The notes below the pieces were generated by a model. The model was not told the origin of the DNA and did not search any database. It worked only from the letters and a program-made list of their open reading frames with translations. Both the position numbers and the translations under genes were made by a program. A stretch of 64,000 nucleotides of DNA from positions 46,272-110,271 of the forward strand of contig NZ_JAXAFO010000007.1 of assembly GCF_033898585.1 (NCBI RefSeq), written 5' to 3'. Shown here one piece after another: positions 63,022-64,000 of this stretch (its first letter is position 1; every line of letters begins with the position of its first letter). Origin of the DNA: Gilvimarinus gilvus (GTDB lineage Bacteria; Pseudomonadota; Gammaproteobacteria; Pseudomonadales; Cellvibrionaceae).

Positions 63022-64000
63022 GTGCTGGATATTGTGATTTTGGCAGCAGGCAAAGGTACGCGCATGCGCTCTGCCAAGCCCAAGGTGTTGCAAACCATTT
63101 CAGGTCTGCCAATGGTCGCTCATGTACATAACGCCGCTTGCGCTTTGCTGGGCGAAAAACAAGCGCCGGTTATCGTCGTTGGCCACGGCGCAAACGAAGT
63201 ACAAGACTATTTTGCTGATAAATCAGTACATTGGGCTGAACAAACCGAGCAATTAGGCACAGGCCATGCCGTACGGCAGGCTCTGCCCTACCTTACCGAT
63301 TTACAGACCACGCTTATTCTTTACGGCGACGTACCGCTTATCCAGCCAGAGACTCTCAAAGCTTTAGTAGAGAAGTGCAATAGCGCAAAATTGGCACTGC
63401 TGACCGTAAATTTGTCTGACCCTTCCGGTTACGGTCGTATCGTGCGCGATACGCAGGACAATAGTATTGTCGCTATTGTCGAAGAAAAAGACGCTTCGCA
63501 GGCGCAAAAGCAGATTCGCGAAATTAATACTGGCATCATGGCGGTGCCCACAGCCAAACTGCGCGAATGGATGCCCAAACTTTCTAATGATAACGCTCAG
63601 CAAGAATACTATCTGACCGATATTGTCGCCATGGCACGCGCTGATGGCTTAGCGATAGAACATTGCCAGCCACAGGCTCAGTGGGAAGTCGATGGCGTCA
63701 ATAATCGCCATCAGCAAGCCGCACTTGAGCGTCAGTTCCAGCTAAACCAAGCCAATCTATACATGCAGCAAGGGTTAATGTTACTGGATCCCGTCCGCTT
63801 TGACTGTCGCGGGCAACTGGCGTTTGGCGTGGATGTCTGTATCGACATCAACGTTGTTATCGAAGGAGTGGTTGAGCTTGGTGACGGCGTCAGTATTGGC
63901 CCCAACTGCGTTATCAAAGATTCAGTGATTGCCGCGGGAACCCGAATTGAAGCCAACAGTATGGTCGATGGCAGCCGGGTTGGCCCACATTGCAGCGTAG
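63022..64000 (+). CDS. glmU: Bifunctional UDP-GlcNAc pyrophosphorylase / GlcN-1-P acetyltransferase GlmU. 3' end truncated by the window edge.
   Basis: LAAGKGTRMRS nucleotidyltransferase motif. GTG start with a GGAG Shine-Dalgarno. Left-handed beta-helix hexapeptide repeats at the end. Confidence 0.9.
   Translation, partial: MLDIVILAAGKGTRMRSAKPKVLQTISGLPMVAHVHNAACALLGEKQAPVIVVGHGANEVQDYFADKSVHWAEQTEQLGTGHAVRQALPYLTDLQTTLILYGDVPLIQPETLKALVEKCNSAKLALLTVNLSDPSGYGRIVRDTQDNSIVAIVEEKDASQAQKQIREINTGIMAVPTAKLREWMPKLSNDNAQQEYYLTDIVAMARADGLAIEHCQPQAQWEVDGVNNRHQQAALERQFQLNQANLYMQQGLMLLDPVRFDCRGQLAFGVDVCIDINVVIEGVVELGDGVSIGPNCVIKDSVIAAGTRIEANSMVDGSRVGPHCSV

Overview
The window is a 64-kb origin-proximal chromosome segment from a gammaproteobacterium with a Pseudomonas/Vibrio-like ori-region gene order. 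Pseudomonas-type parS sites in recF and a PL10-like pectate lyase suggest a Pseudomonadales/Cellvibrionales-like organism. The conserved backbone is: trkA(partial)-trkH | lpxL (-) | glyQ-glyS-gmhB-plsC (+) | gyrB-recF-dnaN-dnaA (-) | rpmH-rnpA-yidD-yidC-mnmE (+) | mnmG-rsmG-parA-parB-atpIBEFHAGDC-glmU(partial) (+). Two regions have origin features. The dnaA/rpmH divergent spacer has 2 perfect DnaA boxes. The AT-rich region just upstream of mnmG has 2 perfect and 1 near-perfect DnaA box plus about 200 bp of AT-rich sequence. A roughly 23-kb block between plsC and gyrB carries accessory and signalling genes: a PL10 pectate lyase, tandem GGDEF paralogs, leuA and lrp, a MASE1-CHASE histidine kinase, and a CHASE-GGDEF-EAL protein. 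It also carries the most unusual locus here, a six-gene minus-strand operon (25095-35097). That operon encodes a YjfI-like (DUF2170) protein with a basic N-terminal extension, a PspA/IM30 (YjfJ-like) protein, a YqiJ/NfeD-like OB-fold membrane protein, a YqiK-type flotillin, a 1769-aa protein with a MoxR/AAA_5-like ATPase domain, and a rhomboid protease. A concentric palindromic operator-like site lies just upstream of the operon. Other notable items are a roughly 260-bp MITE with about 30-bp terminal inverted repeats splitting a DUF3465 gene, an ATP-grasp / 7TM-transglutaminase-like / retropepsin-like three-gene operon, and a 4-kb island replacing the mioC position between mnmE and mnmG. That island encodes an XRE-2TM regulator, an S26 peptidase, a fructosamine kinase, a MarR with a Cys-rich tail, a His-rich secreted protein and a thioredoxin-fold protein. 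No tRNA, rRNA or CRISPR array was seen.
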